Shown: positions 61,600-64,000 of the stretch, piece after piece
How the letters are laid out: each line of letters begins with the position of its first letter
Numbering within the stretch: the first letter of the stretch is position 1
Source: Terriglobia bacterium
Lineage (GTDB): Bacteria; Acidobacteriota; Terriglobia; 20CM-2-55-15
Reading direction: 5' to 3'
DNA length: 64,000 nt
NCBI GenBank assembly: GCA_963664115.2
Contig: CAXWPJ010000009.1
Location: forward strand, 1,152,001-1,216,000
Position numbers and translations under genes: made by a program
Notes under the pieces: model-generated
Databases searched by the model: none
What the model was told of the DNA's origin: nothing
What the model saw: only the letters and a program-made list of their open reading frames with translations

Positions 61600-62382
61600 C
61601 TACTTCGTTTGAGCCAAGACCTTTCGCACCGCCTCCTGGAGCGATACTGGGTGGGCGATGAGGCCGTTCATGAGGGGATTCTGGTTGTTGAATGACCTGG
61701 GATTACCATCGGGCGTGTAAGCGCCGCCGCCGGCCGCATTCATCAGAGCGACGCCGGCGGCGACGTCCCATTCGTTTTTGGGTTGGAGGGTCCAGGTGGC
61801 GTCGGCTTGGCCGGCCGCGACGAGGGCGAGTTTGTAGGCAATCGACCCTACGGGTTTGATCTTGAATCCGGCGCCCTTGAAAGGATCCCATTCGCCTCGG
61901 CGGAACTCGCTACGACTGGCAAGGACTGTTGCGCCGATCAGGTCCTGCCGGTCGCTCAATGTGACCGGATCGGCCTGGCAGGTCACGCCGTGGCCGAGTG
62001 CTCCGACGAACACTTCGCCTTTTTGCGGGTTACAGACGCCGCCGGCAATAGCGTGGCCGTCCTCGATGTAAGCGATGGAGATGGCCCATTCGGCAACGCC
62101 GGCTACGAACTCGCGCGTGCCGTCCAACGGGTCGATGATCCAGAGGCGACGATGGCCCAGACGGCTCCAATCGTCCGTAGTTTCTTCAGAGAACCAGCCT
62201 TCGTCTCCACGTGGAAGCGCCTCACGGAGTGCTTCGTCCAGTGCGCGATCCGCCTCCGTTACCGGATCGTCAACGCCTTTCCATTCTGCAGCGACGTCTC
62301 CCGGTGTGAATTCGCTGACGACATCACAGGCCTTATCGATGGCTTCGCGAATCCGTTCCAGGATGTGAACATCGGTTTTCAT
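61600..62382 (-). CDS. cysQ: 3'(2'),5'-bisphosphate nucleotidase (inositol monophosphatase family)
   Basis: DPVTEAD, SEE, WIIDPLDGTREF, ASRS, GSIAYK, EWDVAAG. Confidence 0.85.
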   Translation of the reverse strand: MKTDVHILERIREAIDKACDVVSEFTPGDVAAEWKGVDDPVTEADRALDEALREALPRGDEGWFSEETTDDWSRLGHRRLWIIDPLDGTREFVAGVAEWAISIAYIEDGHAIAGGVCNPQKGEVFVGALGHGVTCQADPVTLSDRQDLIGATVLASRSEFRRGEWDPFKGAGFKIKPVGSIAYKLALVAAGQADATWTLQPKNEWDVAAGVALMNAAGGGAYTPDGNPRSFNNQNPLMNGLIAHPVSLQEAVRKVLAQTK

Positions 62383-62463
62383 TGAGCTGCTGGAATGATC
62401 TCACGTACTGGTCCCTCGGTGTGAACCAGTGACCGATCGATCCCGTTCCCGTCACGGCCTGGA

Positions 62464-62492
62464 TTGACACCCTTCTCCGCGAACCCTAACCT
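62464..62492 (+). promoter_or_regulatory. sigma70 promoter, probably giving a leaderless transcript
   Basis: TTGACA-N17-TAACCT, 6 nt before GTG 62499. Confidence 0.7.
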
Positions 62493-62498
62493 TAATCG

Positions 62499-63413
62499 GT
62501 GTCCCCAGCCCTAGAAATCCAAGGATTATCCAAGACCTACCGTCGCTGGTGGGCCCGCAAGGTAGTTCGGGCGTTGGTCGATGTAGATCTAATCGTCGAG
62601 CCTGGATCGATCTTCGGGCTCCTCGGGCCGAATGGCGCCGGCAAGACATCGCTCATCAAGATCGCGTTGACGATCGCCCATCCTGACCGGGGGACGGTCC
62701 GCTTGCTCGGACAAACCACGAAAGACCGTTCCGTGTTTCGACGTATCGGTTACCTGCCCGAAAGCCCAAAGTTTCCTGCCCATCTCACAGCCCGAAACGT
62801 TCTCCGTCTCTATGGGAGCATGAGCGGCCGTGATCCGGACTTTGTACGCCGGGAAGGACAGATTTGGCTCGAACGCGTGGGTTTGGCCGGTTGGGAAAAG
62901 ACGCCGGTGTCAAAGTTTTCCAAGGGCATGGTTGAGCGACTGGCATTCGCCCAGGCAGTCATTCATCAACCGGATTTGATTTTCCTGGACGAACCCACCG
63001 ACGGCCTTGATCCGGTCGGGCGGATGGACATCCGAAAGATATGCAGGGAACTGGCTGACGCCGGGAAAACGATATTCATCAATTCCCACATCCTTGCCGA
63101 GATCGAGACCGTTTGTGACACCGTAGCTTTGATGAAGGCGGGTGAGATCGTCGATGTCGGCACCGTTGAGCAGTTTACAAGCGGCGGGGAGTCCTACGAA
63201 GTTTCAATTCCCGCCGACGAGCCCCTGCTCGACTGGCTGAACGGTATCGGGTTCGTACCTACGCTTGACGATGGACAGATTCGTGTGGTTGTGCAGGATC
63301 GGAATTCGGCGAACCAATTGATCGATACACTGCGGACCCGAGGTGTCGAGATCGATGCGTTGATCCCGCACCGAAGGACACTTGAGCAAGTTTTCCTGGA
63401 GCGCCTCAGTTGA
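62499..63413 (+). CDS. ABC transporter ATP-binding protein
   Basis: GPNGAGKT, FSKGM, FLDEPT, NSH. Confidence 0.95.
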   Translation: MSPALEIQGLSKTYRRWWARKVVRALVDVDLIVEPGSIFGLLGPNGAGKTSLIKIALTIAHPDRGTVRLLGQTTKDRSVFRRIGYLPESPKFPAHLTARNVLRLYGSMSGRDPDFVRREGQIWLERVGLAGWEKTPVSKFSKGMVERLAFAQAVIHQPDLIFLDEPTDGLDPVGRMDIRKICRELADAGKTIFINSHILAEIETVCDTVALMKAGEIVDVGTVEQFTSGGESYEVSIPADEPLLDWLNGIGFVPTLDDGQIRVVVQDRNSANQLIDTLRTRGVEIDALIPHRRTLEQVFLERLS

Positions 63414-64000
63414 GAGTTCTCAGACCAGGTGTTTTTCTCGACACGTTTGAGGAGTCTTTTCGGAACAAGATGTTCCTGTTCTTCTTCGTGGTGTCCTCTC
63501 TGATCGTCGGGTCGATTGCCTTAGCCCTCAACATGGATATCGTGAGCGGGGCAATACAGGGGGTCACGTTCTTTGGCGAGGAGCTGGAGATTCCGTCGAT
63601 GACGATTGAACAGTTCGTCAACGCCGTTCAATCCGGAATGGCGATGATCATTTCGACCATCGGACTCTTTCTGGCCTTGATGGCGACTGCGACGTTATTT
63701 CCGCTGATGGTTCAGAAGGGGAGTATTGAACTTCTGCTATGCCGGCCCGCTCCCCGATGGCGGCTGGTCGTGGCCCGTTTCTTCGGCGGAGTCGCCATCA
63801 TGACCTTTAACGCCGTGTACCTCATGGTGGGTGTCTGGGTCGTTATGGGCATCAAATCTGGGATCTGGAACACTGGATTTCCCTTATCGACCATCTTGAT
63901 CGTCATCGCTTTTGTGTTCCTGTACGTGATCGTCGCGGCCTTGTCGGTGATGAGCGAGAACGCAGCCGTTGGGCTTTTAGCGGGTTATGCCGTCCTGATG
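63410..64000 (+). CDS. ABC transporter permease (partial, runs off the window)
   Basis: TTGA overlap; MRVLRPGVFLDTFEESFRNKMFLFFF..., GSIELLLCRP motif, hydrophobic helices, no stop seen. Confidence 0.82.
   Translation, partial: MRVLRPGVFLDTFEESFRNKMFLFFFVVSSLIVGSIALALNMDIVSGAIQGVTFFGEELEIPSMTIEQFVNAVQSGMAMIISTIGLFLALMATATLFPLMVQKGSIELLLCRPAPRWRLVVARFFGGVAIMTFNAVYLMVGVWVVMGIKSGIWNTGFPLSTILIVIAFVFLYVIVAALSVMSENAAVGLLAGYAVLM

Overview
A GC-rich bacterial chromosome segment. The gene content (bacilliredoxin, DUF4416, DinB, many apparently leaderless genes) resembles Acidobacteriota, but that taxonomy is only an inference. From left to right: (1) 0.1-4.6 kb, an accessory cluster with a nickel/cobalt transporter, a class II aldolase, split permeases and two cupins. 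(2) 4.7-37.5 kb, mostly housekeeping genes (SSS symporter, HIT, rnhB, clpS, fabG, pfkA, Cu P-type ATPase, usp, acnA, hisS, aspS, mutL, HU). This stretch also holds a degenerate IlvD/Edd-like protein, an IS1380, an IS3 joining two truncated defence-like genes, and at least five intergenic palindromes built from 8-9 nt triplicated units. (3) About 37.8-62.4 kb, a decaying surface-glycan or protein-glycosylation island (Maf, GT2-TPR, GT41-like, C- and O-methyltransferases, two DegT aminotransferases, radical SAM, WbqC, sulfotransferase, cysC, cysQ). It has several sigma54-type promoters (one bidirectional), four IS elements or remnants, internal duplications and a tmRNA 3'-end att-like fragment. 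(4) An ABC transporter running off the right edge. No rRNA, intact tRNA or CRISPR array was seen. All function calls come from motifs recognised by eye, not from database searches.
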